Below are positions 35,845 to 47,780 of a stretch of DNA of 64,000 nucleotides, piece after piece (the first letter of the stretch is position 1; every line of letters begins with the position of its first letter). Source of the DNA: Oikopleura dioica. Lineage: Eukaryota > Animalia > Chordata. Where the stretch lies: assembly GCA_907165135.1 (NCBI GenBank), contig OU015566.1, positions 2,728,001-2,792,000 of the forward strand. The letters are read 5' to 3'. A program made the position numbers and the translations under genes. A model generated the notes under the pieces. That model was not told where the DNA came from, did not search any database, and saw only the letters and a list, made by a program, of their open reading frames with translations.

Positions 35845-37346
35845 TTATTCTTGAACGAAGGTAATGTTGAATCTGACATAGTTGAAGTCTGCATCTCCAT
35901 TGAACAAGACAGATTCCCAGGCTCCATCTTTGATGCTCATAAATTCTCGTTTTCTTGACACATCGCCTTTGTCCAAAAGTATTGTTTGAGCGACAGCACT
36001 GAATTTCGCGGAAGACTGACCATTTGAGGAAACAGAAAGAAAATGATTCGAACCATCACCACCGTATTCTTTTTTTGCAGTTTGGAATCTTATTCGCCAG
36101 CCAGCTTCTGCTACTTCATAGTTTTGAACTGTTACAAACTTGGGCATGCTATTTAAAATAACGAATCATAAAAAAAATATGCAAATTTTTTAGGAAACAA
36201 GTTCATTTTTAACTTTCATGGCTTGACGTTCACAGTTTTTTGGCCAAGAGATATAAGCTTGAGAACTCGTCGCAGATTCTCATCATTCATCGAATTGCGA
36301 ATGCTGTTGGTATCTCGTCCATAATAATGATGAAACCCGCCAGAGTTGCAAATTTGCTGAGCTGAGTGAGCTGAGCTGGCTGAGTGAGCTGAGCAGTCGC
36401 TCAGCTCAGCTCAGCTCAGTGATTTTGGAAAATGATCTGATCTGCTCAGCTCAGCTCAGAAAATTTTCACTCAGCTCAGCTCAATTATTTTCGAACATGA
36501 TCTGTTCTGCTCAGCTCAGCTCAGCTCAGACAATTATCACTTAGCTCAGCTCAGCTCAATGATTCGAAAACGTTTTACTAGCAAAAAACAGTAAAAACCA
36601 GCTCAGCTCAGCTCAATCAGCTCAGCTTAGCTCTTATTAGGGTCCGCTCAGCTCAGCTCAGCTCTCTTAAACAGAAGGTCAGCTCAGCTCAGCTCCGCTC
36701 AATGACCTCTGAAAATGTTCAGCTCAGCTCAGTAACCTCCAAAATAGGCCGGCTCAGCACAGCTCAGAGAAATTTTTACTCAGATCAGCTCAGCTCAGTT
36801 AAGAAAAATTAATCAAAATTTGCAACTCTGAAACCCGCCGATGAGGCCCATTTCGATTCCCAAATTCAGTCTTTGAATATCAACTTTCAGTTTTCCATCT
36901 GCTTTTTTTGCGGCGCTATGGATGTTTGCGATTTCTTCTTGAATTTTAGACGTTTCCCATTTCTCTTTGAGCTCCTCAAGTAACTTTTCACTATCAAATT
37001 TCTGGCGTTCCATTTCTCCGACCACGTGATCGATGTTTAATTGAAGAGTTTCATTTCGGTTTTTCAGGTTTTGGTTTTCTTCGGAAAGCATCTTAATTTC
37101 ATTTTCAAGGTTGGCGATTCTCGCCTTCGTCTCAATCATTTCTAATTTTGAGGAAGTTTGGATATCTCCAAGGAGTGTGTGGATTCTCTGCAGCTGATTT
37201 TCGATATTTTCATCAATTCTTGGCAACGATAAAGTCTTTCTAAGGCCTGCAGGAGGTTCAAAATTCGAAGGTGTTCTACCAGTGACGTCACTCAGAGAAA
37301 TATCAGCAGTTTTTCCTCCAGATTCGGAGCTCGAGTCGGAGGACAT
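35845..37346 (-). CDS. Coiled-coil protein with a possible C-terminal MATH-like beta domain, interrupted by a MITE inside exon 1
   Basis: ORF 37346-36813 is a heptad-rich coiled coil. Removing the 490-bp element and one TSD restores ...MGLIGGFHHYYGRDTNSIRNSMNDENLRRVLKLISLGQKTV. The last exon is MPKFVTVQNYEVAEAGWRIRFQ...HFLSV...RFNITFVQE*. Confidence 0.7.
36341..36830. mobile_element. hAT-type MITE, 490 bp, with an internal (GCTCA)n array
   Basis: Perfect 15-bp TIRs CAGAGTTGCAAATTT; 8-bp TSD AAACCCGC at 36333-36340 and 36831-36838; dozens of GCTCA/TGAGC motifs inside. Confidence 0.92.
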
Positions 37347-37738
37347 TTTCTCTTTTCCCTTTTCTCTAACTGATTTTTCTCGCTTGAGTTAAAGAAAATC
37401 CATTTTATGGATCATTAAATCGCTATCGATTTATTTTTTGAGTTACGTTTACAAACTCACCATTTCGTTTTAAATCATGAAATAAACTAGGAAACCGCAT
37501 AAATCTTAAAAGACGTGTCATATTCTAGAACAGGTCACATGTCATGCACCTTTGAAATGATGTTTTCTAGCTGTCCGCAGCCGTGGTTTTCATTAAATTT
37601 TCATGTTCTCACGTCCTTCAAAGGACTTTAGAAGCATTTTTTTTATGATTTTTTTTTCTAAATGACATCATATTTATAACCTCATATCTTTTTCAAGAAT
37701 CAAGATTTTATTTCAAAAAAAAAAAAATAAAAAAAAAT

Positions 37739-37820
37739 TGCCATGATAGGATTCGAACTCGTGCGCCTGCGATGCCATTTTTAACGAAAAGCGATTGTTT
37801 TAAACAACTACTACTAACAA
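37739..37820 (-). other. Degenerate tRNA-derived fragment or SINE head
   Basis: The minus strand reads GGCGCACGAGTTCGAATCCTATCATGGCA followed by a T run, i.e. a B-box/T-arm. The 5' acceptor stem is not recoverable, so this is not an intact tRNA. Confidence 0.35.
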
Positions 37821-38652
37821 CAACTTACTAATAGTAAATATTCAGTAGAATTTATTAAATTATCTGATCATAATTGACCCACCCTCTCTCTATCAGAAAG
37901 GGTTGCCAATTACAGTACACTGCAGAAAGAGTGAGATATAAAAAGTGAGTGAATAAGTTCACGTCACAAATTACTCGAAACAAAAATTTTCGTAGAATAC
38001 AAAACTGTACAGTATTAAAAGAAAAAGAGAGACAGTAAGTTTGTTTTTGAGGAAATTAGAAGAGTTGTGTATAATACAGTCAAAATGAAAATCTTCGTCA
38101 AAATCTTCGTCATTTGAAATTGCCCTGGCCATTTTTTTCTATTTCAACAAAAATAGGCAATTCCAACGTTTCATTTCGATTTCGAATTATTTTACCGCCC
38201 GGCGGGGAGCGGAAAAACCAGTAATTTTTATGGTTCCACGGAGAACGATTTTCATTTGCTTCCAGTTACAAGAAAACCTTTCTCCGAGGCTGCTGGTTTA
38301 GCGCCCTTTGCCTTTCGCTTCTAATCTCTCTTCCTAAAAGAAACATTTTTAGCCTCTCTTTCCATGTTTTCAAAATGCGTACCTGTTTGAGTCGTCTCTT
38401 TTCGTCCTTGACTTTTTCCTTGAATAAGCTCGAGTCGCATCCGGAGTTGTCCTTGTACGGATTGTCCGTCTCTTTCGTCTTCACAAGTCCCTTGTACAGG
38501 TGCTTGCAGACGCGAAGTTCCAATGTATCGAATTTTCTATGCGCTCGGTTTCGCCATTTCTAGAATTTTATTGAGATAAATCTATAGAGAACGGTTGTTC
38601 CTTTTTTTTAATACAATAAGGGTGTCACTTTCTTATCAGTGCACCCTTAGGC

Positions 38653-38808
38653 CCTGACTCAGGTCCTGACTCAGGTTCTGACTCAGGTCCTGACCAAGGC
38701 CCTGACTCAGGTTTTGACTCAGGTCTTGACTCAGTTCCTGACTCAGGTTATGATTCAGGTTCTGACTCAGGTACTGACTCAGTTCCTTACTCAGGTCCTG
38801 ACTCAGGT
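38653..38808. repeat. Tandem array of 13 x 12-bp units, consensus CCTGACTCAGGT
   Basis: 13 consecutive units were counted; most retain TGACTCA. Confidence 0.95.
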
Positions 38809-41800
38809 TTTCAAGGAAAAGAGAATATTTAGAGTCGAAATTCTCGATCTCAAAAACCTTAAATCTTTGGCTTCCCCGAATTCACAAAATTGCCAGTTCT
38901 CGATCAACCCTCTAAAGGCAAAATTCGAGGATAAAGTTAAACACGCGCAAATGACTCTTTCGTATCATTACGAGCTTACCTTAACACGTTGAGCACCAGC
39001 GCGCGAGTCCTGCGCTTTCGGGTTGCTTTCATCATAACACGCCGAAATGTTTTCTTTGTTACGGATTTTCTATTGCAACTCAAAATAGTATGGTATGGCT
39101 TGTTTGATATCCGGCACGTTTAGTCGATGTTTTGGCAATTTTCAAGTTACGTTAGTAAATGAAGAATTAGTAAGTGCTTCTTTTACACCTTTTATTGTCT
39201 TAAAAATAAGGGTATCAACGTGATATCATCGAAAAATGATGATCCAAAAGTTCCCCGAAAAGTTGTCGAATTTTTCATTTTTTGGTTGATCTGAAAATCA
39301 AATCAAGCATCTGCTGTAAAAAGAAAACTAGAAATCCGTTCCGTTAATCCACAAGCGCCATCTGGCGAATTGCAGCCACAAGTTTGTTAGCGGCGCTTCT
39401 TGAACCGTCTGCCGTCCGCGGAGTCCGTCGGCCGCGCTCGCTGGCCAAATCAGCTTGCCGAAGAGGTTGTATTGGTCCTTGATCTGGAAAGGAGTGATAC
39501 GCAACGAGAAAATTGGCCCTGAATAATTTTCGTATGAAAAGAGAAGGCCCTGGACGGATGTTTGAAAAAGCAATAGATTAACCTTATCAGACAACGGCGG
39601 GATAGGGACCTTCCGTTTCGGGTTAAATTGAAAATAGATCGGAGGGAGGGTTACAAGTAGGAGAGCACGTTTTGAGTGTTTTGGGAAAGGGGCTTATAAA
39701 GGGGGCTTAATAAGGGGCGTAGGGACTGTATATTCTGGAAAGAGGGGGAAGAATTCAATGTGAACTTTTATAATTAATGATAATATATTTTTTAAAAAAT
39801 TTATTTGAAAACGAAATAATTTATGAATTAAATTATTTAATAAATTACAAATTTTACTTTTTAGATCAATTTTTAACAAAAAGACTTGATTAATAAAATT
39901 ATTAATAAAATAATTAATAATTTATGATCAAATAAAAAAATTGTGTATCAATTCCTTGTTGCCTCCAAACTCCGCCCAAACATCGCTGACATCACTTTGA
40001 TTCGGGTTTCCGTATTTTCGACAGTCCGCGGAGTTGTATTTTTTCTGGAGGAAGGAGGTCTGCTTGACGATTTTGGTGACCCAGCTCTTGTGAATTCGAT
40101 CGGAAATCATTGTCGATTCGCTGCGCCTTAAAAGATCACCGTCCTCTACATTACCTTTTTCTTGGCTTGAAAATCAGTTTTGCAAATATTTAAATCCGAG
40201 CGATAAAGATTGGATTTTTCAAACAAGTTATAATTTCAAAAAAATATTTACCCCGTCATAGGGAGGGGCAGGGCTCAAACATGCAAATTCCAGAGGCAAA
40301 AACACCCCATTTTTGCAATTTTTAAAATAAATTACGGGAAAAATCATGTTTTTCAAACTCAAAAATAGTCCTTAAAAGCTTTATTTCCGGAATTTTTCGA
40401 GTCAAAACACCGTTTTTAGAAACATTCTCCACGTCAGATAAATCATAGCTCTCAAACCGCCTATTACATTTTCGCAGAGGAGGATTCCCTTATTAAGGGT
40501 ATCTCCGGAAAAAAAGGGAGAAAAAACGGCACGTGTTAAAAGGCCACCTTTTTCTTTCTAAAGGATCTTATCGCAATCTTATCAGGCATTTTTGGAAAGA
40601 AAGGCTAAATTGTTTAAAAAACGCGCAGCCGGGCAGTTTCGTCTTTGCATATTCACGCAAGCGGACAACTAAACGAATTTTCAGACTAACAACGTGTTTG
40701 ACAGAAACGAGCCCAAAATAGCAAATATTCAGAAAGGAAAAATATTTTTCGCAAAAGAAAAAAAAACGCGAAAAAAATCTTAAAATAAAAATTTAAAAAT
40801 TTAATCAGAATTTTTAAAGTTAAAATTATTTTTTTAAGAAAGAAAATTTGTTGCTTCACTAAGGCGACGTGGCCTTGTGAGCCAACAAAGGTACCCTTCC
40901 ATTTAAATATTTATTTCTAAAAAACAAAATTATATCTCCGATAAGAGAATGATCATTTTGCCAATACATAATATCCCGATAATTTTTTCATCCAAATTAC
41001 CTACTATCCCTCTTTTCCTTCCCTTATCAAACCCGTTATCAGCAAAACGGTAGTGTAACAAATATTTTGACAAAAGAGTAATCTCTGTCACAATTCGCGA
41101 TTATGAAAAGAGTGTCCCGCCGAGCGTTTTTACGATGAAATTCAATTCCGATAAGGACAATCGCCAAATCATATTACACAAGCAAAGAATCCAAATCCTC
41201 AAAAAAAGGCTGAAATGTTCCAAAATGACGCGCCGCTGAATTTTTCCCACGAAAATTTTTGAAAATTCTTTTAGAAAAAAAAGTTCAAGAATCGTTCAAG
41301 CCAAAGTTCCTGTAACTCCAATAGCTCGATCTGCTTCTTCCTTGGAAACTGCTGTTGCAAGCATTTGGTCCACAATTTCGATGGTTTTTCTTTTTCATGG
41401 ATAAAAATGTTTGCTTTTGTTGTTTTCAGCAAAATGAAAGGTCTTCTGGGGCAACGAAAAGAACAGCTAAACGCGCGATAAATGGGCCCAAAGGAGCTTT
41501 TCGCGCTGACCCCGGCAACACTAAAGTACCGCGAAGCCGAGAAAGGGATTAAGAAGCTCGTTTCTTTTCGTGCGCAAATACGATTTATGCTGAGTTTTAC
41601 AGAAAATTATGCATATTTTTCCTTTTTCAAATCCTGAGTCAGGTTTTTGCAAAGGTTCTGAGCCTTGTCTTTTTCGAGAATGACACCCTTAATTTTTTAA
41701 TTAAATGAGTTTTAAAAACAAATAAACGAATCTCTCCCCTTTGGCAAACGAATAAAAGAGTGAGATTATTGAGTGGTACAGCCTTAAATTCAAAAAGTTT

Positions 41801-44800
41801 CGGTCGTTCGGCGATTAGAAAGAAAATGCATCTGTCATAATTTGATACCTCCGCGGCGAACTGACATCACTGAATTCGACCTCTCCCAAAATTGACCCGC
41901 GGAGTTAGAAATGAATTTTTTTGTTCATTATCTGCCTTTTTCTAAAATCAACAAATTTTTTTTCTATATTTTATTAAAATAAAATTTCATGATCGCGATT
42001 CGGGTTTTTTCATAAATAAAGATTTTTATTAGAAAATTATTAAAAAATCTAAGTAAAAAATAAGGGTGTCAATCTGTTATTTTTTCGTCAAGACTAACGG
42101 TAAGATTCTTACCGTAAGAATAAGGGTATCCACCTTAGTTATCAAGATGACTAATGAAAATCAAGCTACACCCTTATTTCATTTTACCTAAACGTCTTGC
42201 TATTTCCCGAAAGAAAATAGTTCTTATCCATTCCTGAAGTTTTTCTTGAGCCTTTGATTTGGAGTGTCCCCAGCTCCGGCCATTGCCTGGCCTATCAAAA
42301 TCGCATTGAACAAGCGCATCTTTTCTTTTTTATTCTCTCTTTGTTCTTTTTTTCAGATTTTTCGTAGCTGTTCGTTTCGCAAGAAGGGTGTTCTCTCGAA
42401 TAAAAAAAGGAAGCCGCTTTTGGGCACACAACGGTTTATTCCGATGCTGGGGATTGTTACAAGAAACTAGCCAGACCGTTAGCTATGCAAGCAAAATGGA
42501 GATTTTTTGTCGCGCTCGTGAAAATTCAGGCGGCGCCGCAGAGCGCACAAAGTTCAAGCGCCGGGCGCCGGGTGGCGCTGTCCCAAGCGTGCCCGGACGA
42601 GGACCACGGCTGACCTCTGGAGAGACCAAGACGGCCCGAACGTGTTTTCCTTACGCGACACGTAATCAGATTTATTTAATTTTAAAAAGTAAGATGATAA
42701 GGAAGTTGCCAAAGAGGTTGACTCGCGACTCGCGAGCTAAGAAACTTTTTCCTTTGATCTTGCGGTCGATGCTTTTTATCTTTTAAATATTAATCTTCAT
42801 GAGCCGAAACAAATCCTTATTGCATACTTTTAACATCATAAAAAATTTAATTCGGAACAAAAAAGATCGCATGCATATCATCTTTATTATAGATTATAGA
42901 TTCTATAACTAATAAATATTGAAACTTTTGATTTTTATGAAAAAAGTTGTTTTGGAATTTATTTAAATCATCTAAGGGAATAAATTATTCCGCATAATAT
43001 TCTAAGGATAATCTTCGAACAGATTCATTTTAAAGTATTTAAAAGAAATGATAAAAATCATTTCATTGTCGCGGAGAAAAACGTAAGAGTTTCATTTAAG
43101 ATATTTTTTCCTTGATAAAAATACATAAAATGACCGTTTATATGGCGCTTAACAGCTGTTCCATAAAATTGGCCATGTGTAGATCTCTCTGATTGCATAA
43201 ATGCCAAAATTCGCGATTTGAATCGATCCATATTGCCTAAAAATCAACTCTTTTTGAGATAAAAGTGCCTGTCTTTCAGAAATATCTCCCGGATAGAGAA
43301 TCAGCTTTTTAGATTTGTTTTTATTCCGAACCCGAATTCTCCCTTTGCCAGAAAACCACAATAGTATCACGAAAAAAAGGGAGCATAAGAGCTTCCACTC
43401 AAGCTCCACTCGCTTTTATACTTCTACTTACCCTCACGACCCTTATTTCAGACAAACATTTCCTTTTCTATTTACAGAAGAAATTTTTTAGAGACATTGA
43501 GGCTCTCTCAAAAGCTTCGTTTATTTGAAAATAACGGGGCTTGAAATTGACGAGCGCAAAATTGAGCCGTCGCACGAGTCGTATTTTGACTGTGAATCTT
43601 TATTTCGCTGATGTTTCAAAGAAAGGAAAATTTTGACTAATAAAGTGTCAAGATAGAATTTTTGTAAGAATAACCGCGAAGTGACTACTAGCTTGATGGC
43701 GTGGCAGGCGATTACAGTGATCTTATTTCCATAGCCAGGCTGGCGACTTTAGAATTCTGCAGGTGCGCAAGTCACGTGCTCTGACCACTATCTTGGCCAG
43801 GCTTCTTGAATTATGTCTACGAGTGATTTTTACCCCTGTCGAAGGCAAAGAGAAAAAAACTGAAATTTTTAATAATTATCTTTAGTTATTAAATATTATT
43901 TATCATTTTTAAATTATTTATTTATTTATTAATTTATTCATTAAAAACTTTCATTTATTCATTTATTGATTTTATTAAATTATTAAATTTATCAAATAAT
44001 AAATATTTTTAAATTTTTTTTGATTGATTTCTATTCGGGCTATTTTGCGTCAGAAACGCTGCCTCTGATAATAACATGTCAAAATCAATCGCTTTTTTCA
44101 ACTCGTTTTTGAAAACGCTCAAGCGCGGTTAAACCAATTTCCAGTCTGCATAAAGCGCGGCGAAGACGAAATAATCAATCAGTACCAAGAAGCTAATTTC
44201 AAAAAGCCGATTCGCTAGTTCAAAAAAATGGGATTTCGGTTGGTGAAATTCCTTCGAGCGGCTAGTCAGTTTGTGGCCAGCGAGACTAAGGAAGACCATT
44301 CAGGTTCAGAAAAGGAGAGCAAATAGACGTGAGCCCAGATTGAACGCTGGCAGCTGGTGAAGTCCGCGGACAAATATTTTCGCGATTCGCGCGCTGGTTT
44401 TGTTTTACAAGATCAACTTATCGAGCTTGGAAGCAACTTTTCAGCCCTCTCGATGGAAAAGTCGGAAATTTGGAAGTTTCTTGAAGCGAAAAAGTTGCAT
44501 CGAAGTTAATGAGTTCTGCGATAAGCTTATCTTCAAGTGGGAGAAGTAAGTTCGCCCGGACGCGTTAGAAACTCTCTCTTACGATCGATGCTCATCCTGT
44601 TTATAAAGTAGCCATTCAATGAGGAGGAACCTTTTTTATTCAAAAAATGTACAGTAGCTTTTAGGAATGAACTTTTTTGCCTTCCGAAAAATTCGGCTTT
44701 TCCGAAGATTGTTTTGAGCAGAGCTTTTTGAAGAGGATAAGAAAAAGGATGAAGAAGAAGGAGCCGAAAACGACGGATGAGGCGACGATCAGGATGTTGA

Positions 44801-45375
44801 GGATTTTACTGCATTCTTTCTAGAATTCTCGAAAAGAAAGGCTTGATTTGAAAGAGCACGGGCTTTGTTTAGTGAGAGCCTTATCCTTATCAATTGGAAT
44901 ACGTAGTCAGGCAGTGTATCGAGCGGATTTACGAGCGATTAATTTCTCTTATCATTGATAATTAAACAAAGCTCAAAAGATCATCCGCAGCTGCCCATTT
45001 TTATCTCGCAAGGTAGCTTTTTTCCATTCATGGGCTCTCTTTTTTCGATATTTTGAGAATGTGCCTGTTTGGGAAAGGGTAGTACTGTCTGCCAGCTTTT
45101 CCATTTTGCCGTAACCATTGCGCGGGTCATGATGGTGCTTCATTTCCAAACACGTCAGCGTCGCGTCCCTAAAGAGCTCCTCGCTAATGAGCTTGAGAAA
45201 CTTCCGCCCCTCCGGACGACGAGCCAGTCCTTCGCTTTTTTCTAATCGCAACGATTTGAAAAAAAAATTCTTGGGATTATGAGGCAAAACAATTCATCTT
45301 CATTTAAATTCAAAGAGGAAATGAAGATCTGTCTCGTCATTCTGAAGAGCATCAAAAGTGGAAGACACTTACCGG

Positions 45376-45843
45376 CAGGGTTCGAAATGTAGCAATATAT
45401 TGCTGCTACATGCTACACGTGCTACATCCCTCAAAAGTCCCTGCTACATGCTACATGTGCTACACCCCCTTAAAAAAACCCATGCTACATGCTACACTTG
45501 CTACATAAAATTATGCCGGTCTGCTACCATTTTCGATTAGATCTAAATTATAAATGAGTTTTTTTTATGTTTTTGAATTTCTTAAAGTCAAACTAGATAG
45601 AAATTAAGCTTATCATCATCCCTAATAATCAAAAGAGACATTAAAATATATTCGCTATCCATAAATCGTCTCTTCTGTTAAAAAAAATCTTCGCCCCCAG
45701 AAAAATGTAGCAATGTAGCAAGCTACACTTTGCTACACGCTTTTTGAACGCTGCTACATGCTACACCTGCTACATCAACATGTAGCAAAAATGTAGCGAT
45801 TGCTACATTGCTACATTACTACACTGCTACATTTCGAACCCTG
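45376..45843. mobile_element. hAT-type MITE, 468 bp, with TGCTACA subterminal repeats
   Basis: Perfect 19-bp TIRs CAGGGTTCGAAATGTAGCA; 8-bp TSD CTTACCGG at 45368-45375 and 45844-45851. Confidence 0.92.
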
Positions 45844-46977
45844 CTTACCGGCTGTCCGGAATGTCGTACAATCCACCCTCAATCACGCACTAGAAAAAAG
45901 ATCTTACTTTCTTTCATGTTTGATGATTTTTTTAAAATTTTTTCTTAATGAATAACATTTTCTTTCTGAATAAGCGAGGCTTTTACCTGGCCAGATATGC
46001 ATATGTAATGTTTCGGACAAACGTGGTTCTCGTTGCTGAAAGGAAAAAGATAAAAAAAGAGATGAAAATTTCTGAAAAAATGTTAGAATTGCAAAAAATA
46101 AGGAATAAATTGACAAGGGACTTGAAGCCGAAATTACAAAAAAAAGATAACAGCGACTAAGAATTTCGAATTTCAATATTAAGATTTTTTCTAAAGCTAG
46201 CTCTTTTTTTCCAGTCAAAATACGACGACCAAAAATACGAATGATTTAAGAAAAATTTAAAGCCGTCTCGCAGCGTCAATTTTGGCAACAGTCGGAAACG
46301 CGTGTCTCAAATTCCCAAATTTCCAAACTTCAGAACTCAGAATTCTAGGTGATTTAGAATCAGTGGAACTGGAAAGGGCCATCTTCGGCGAAAATGGCCA
46401 CTTGATGGCTACACTTGACTCGCGGTGGCGATTATCGACGCAACGGGACGCCCGTCAAGCCACTTAAGGAGGACTCCCTCGTTTTTGGAGTTCAGGGGGA
46501 ATCGAAGTTTTCGCTTTTTTTTCTTCGAAAACATCATAAAAATAAATTAAACTGAAAACAATTTTTGACATTTTCGAAAAAAAATGAGCACTGCGATTTC
46601 GGTTAACTTGTCTCCTTTTTTTGGTTTGAAAGGTAGTGCTCTCGGCTCGCGATAATGACACGCGAAAGATCGTGGCTGCTTTCTAAATCGCTGGCGTTTT
46701 TTCGAAACAGCTCCTGCTTTACGCAGATTTACGAGCTTTGAAGTTATCTTATTTTTAAGCTTCTATCGAAAGTACAAAAAAGCTCCTTTCAACGAAAATG
46801 AGAAAAAGCGACAGCTTGTCACTCGTTGTCAGATTTGAGCATTTCCGCTTTTCCGGACAGGCTAAGCCGAATACATAATTGGTACCTTCCGAAAAAAATG
46901 CTACGATAGAATTTTTCCTCCCTGGAAATTTTCGGCTCAAAATGGTAAAAAAAAGCTTACGACGTAAAGCTTGCCCT

Positions 46978-47170
46978 GACAACCTGTGAAGAAAACCTGA
47001 GTCAGGGTACAAAAGATTTTTAAAGAAAAGCCGCGCCGCGGCTTTTTAAAAATCGAAGCCGCGAGCCAAAATAACCATTTTTTCGCGGCTTCTTTTTTAA
47101 AAAGCCGACTCGCGGCTTTTCTTTATAAATCTCTAAGATCCTGACTCAGGCTTTCTTCACAGGTTGCCGA
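46978..47170. mobile_element. CCTGAGTCAGG-family palindromic element with internal AGCCGC/GCGGCT hairpins
   Basis: CAACCTGTGAAGAAAACCTGAGTCAGG ... CCTGACTCAGGCTTTCTTCACAGGTTG. Confidence 0.7.
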
Positions 47171-47446
47171 GGCTGGGTTTCAAGTCTTATTGAAATAGGC
47201 GACAGGCAAAAACCTGAGTTACCTTTTCTCTTCGTCCTGAAACAGGGGTGCTGGAGAATCGGGAAAGCCGCAATCCACTTACATAGTGTTCAGAAATTAC
47301 AACTGCGGCGTCTTTTTCTTTTCAAAGAATCTGACTTCAAAGACGCTCAGTTTGTTTTCTCTAGAAATTCTCGCACAAAGGAGGGTCCAAAAGGATTATT
47401 ACGAAGTATATTTGCATTTCTTCTTTTAAAAATTAAGGAACACGAC

Positions 47447-47563
47447 CTTCGTCGGAGCCGTTTTCGCAGTCGGGGACTCGGTCACAGACCCAATCGCGAG
47501 TTATGCAATAGCTGCCGTGAGAATCTTCGCATTGGAACTGGGTTTTCTCATTGCATTTTTTTT
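47447..47563 (-). CDS. Exon encoding one LDL-receptor class A module; parent gene not resolved
   Basis: AG|..[38 protein letters not shown]|GT, a 117-nt phase 1-1 exon with the C-x-x-x-W-x-C-D-x-x-x-D-C-x-x-G-S-D-E signature. Confidence 0.85.
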
Positions 47564-47599
47564 CTAAAAAGAGAGTCAAAAAGACTAAACAAACTTTCA

Positions 47600-47780
47600 A
47601 AGAAATAGGCTCTCTTTTTAGTCGAAAAATAATTTTCGATTTTTTGTCGAAAGAAATTTTAGATTTTCGAGTCGAAAAAAATTTTTGATTTTTTAGTCGA
47701 AAAAAAATTTCGATTTTAGATTCGTAAAAAATTTCGATTTTTTAGTGGAAAAAAAATTCTCATTTTTGAGTCAAAAAGAC
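47600..47780. repeat. Degenerate tandem repeat of about 23-25 nt (TTTTAGTCGAAAAAAATTTTCGA-like)
   Basis: Six to seven visible iterations of AGTCGAAAAA...TTTTGATTTTT. Confidence 0.65.

Noticed and set aside
36341-36830. Simple (GCTCA)n microsatellite
   Set aside because: It is bounded by perfect TIRs and an 8-bp TSD, so it was reinterpreted as a MITE.
37739-37820. Functional tRNA gene
   Set aside because: Only a B-box/T-arm is recognisable; no acceptor stem or anticodon arm can be folded.
38653-38808. CRISPR-like array
   Set aside because: Units are contiguous with no unique spacers, the DNA is eukaryotic, and no cas genes are present.
38714-38992. ORF with (TQVL)n repeats
   Set aside because: It is the translation of the 12-bp tandem array, with no other sign of coding.
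45358-45540. ORF with LHATCYT-like repeats
   Set aside because: It lies inside the TGCTACA-repeat MITE.
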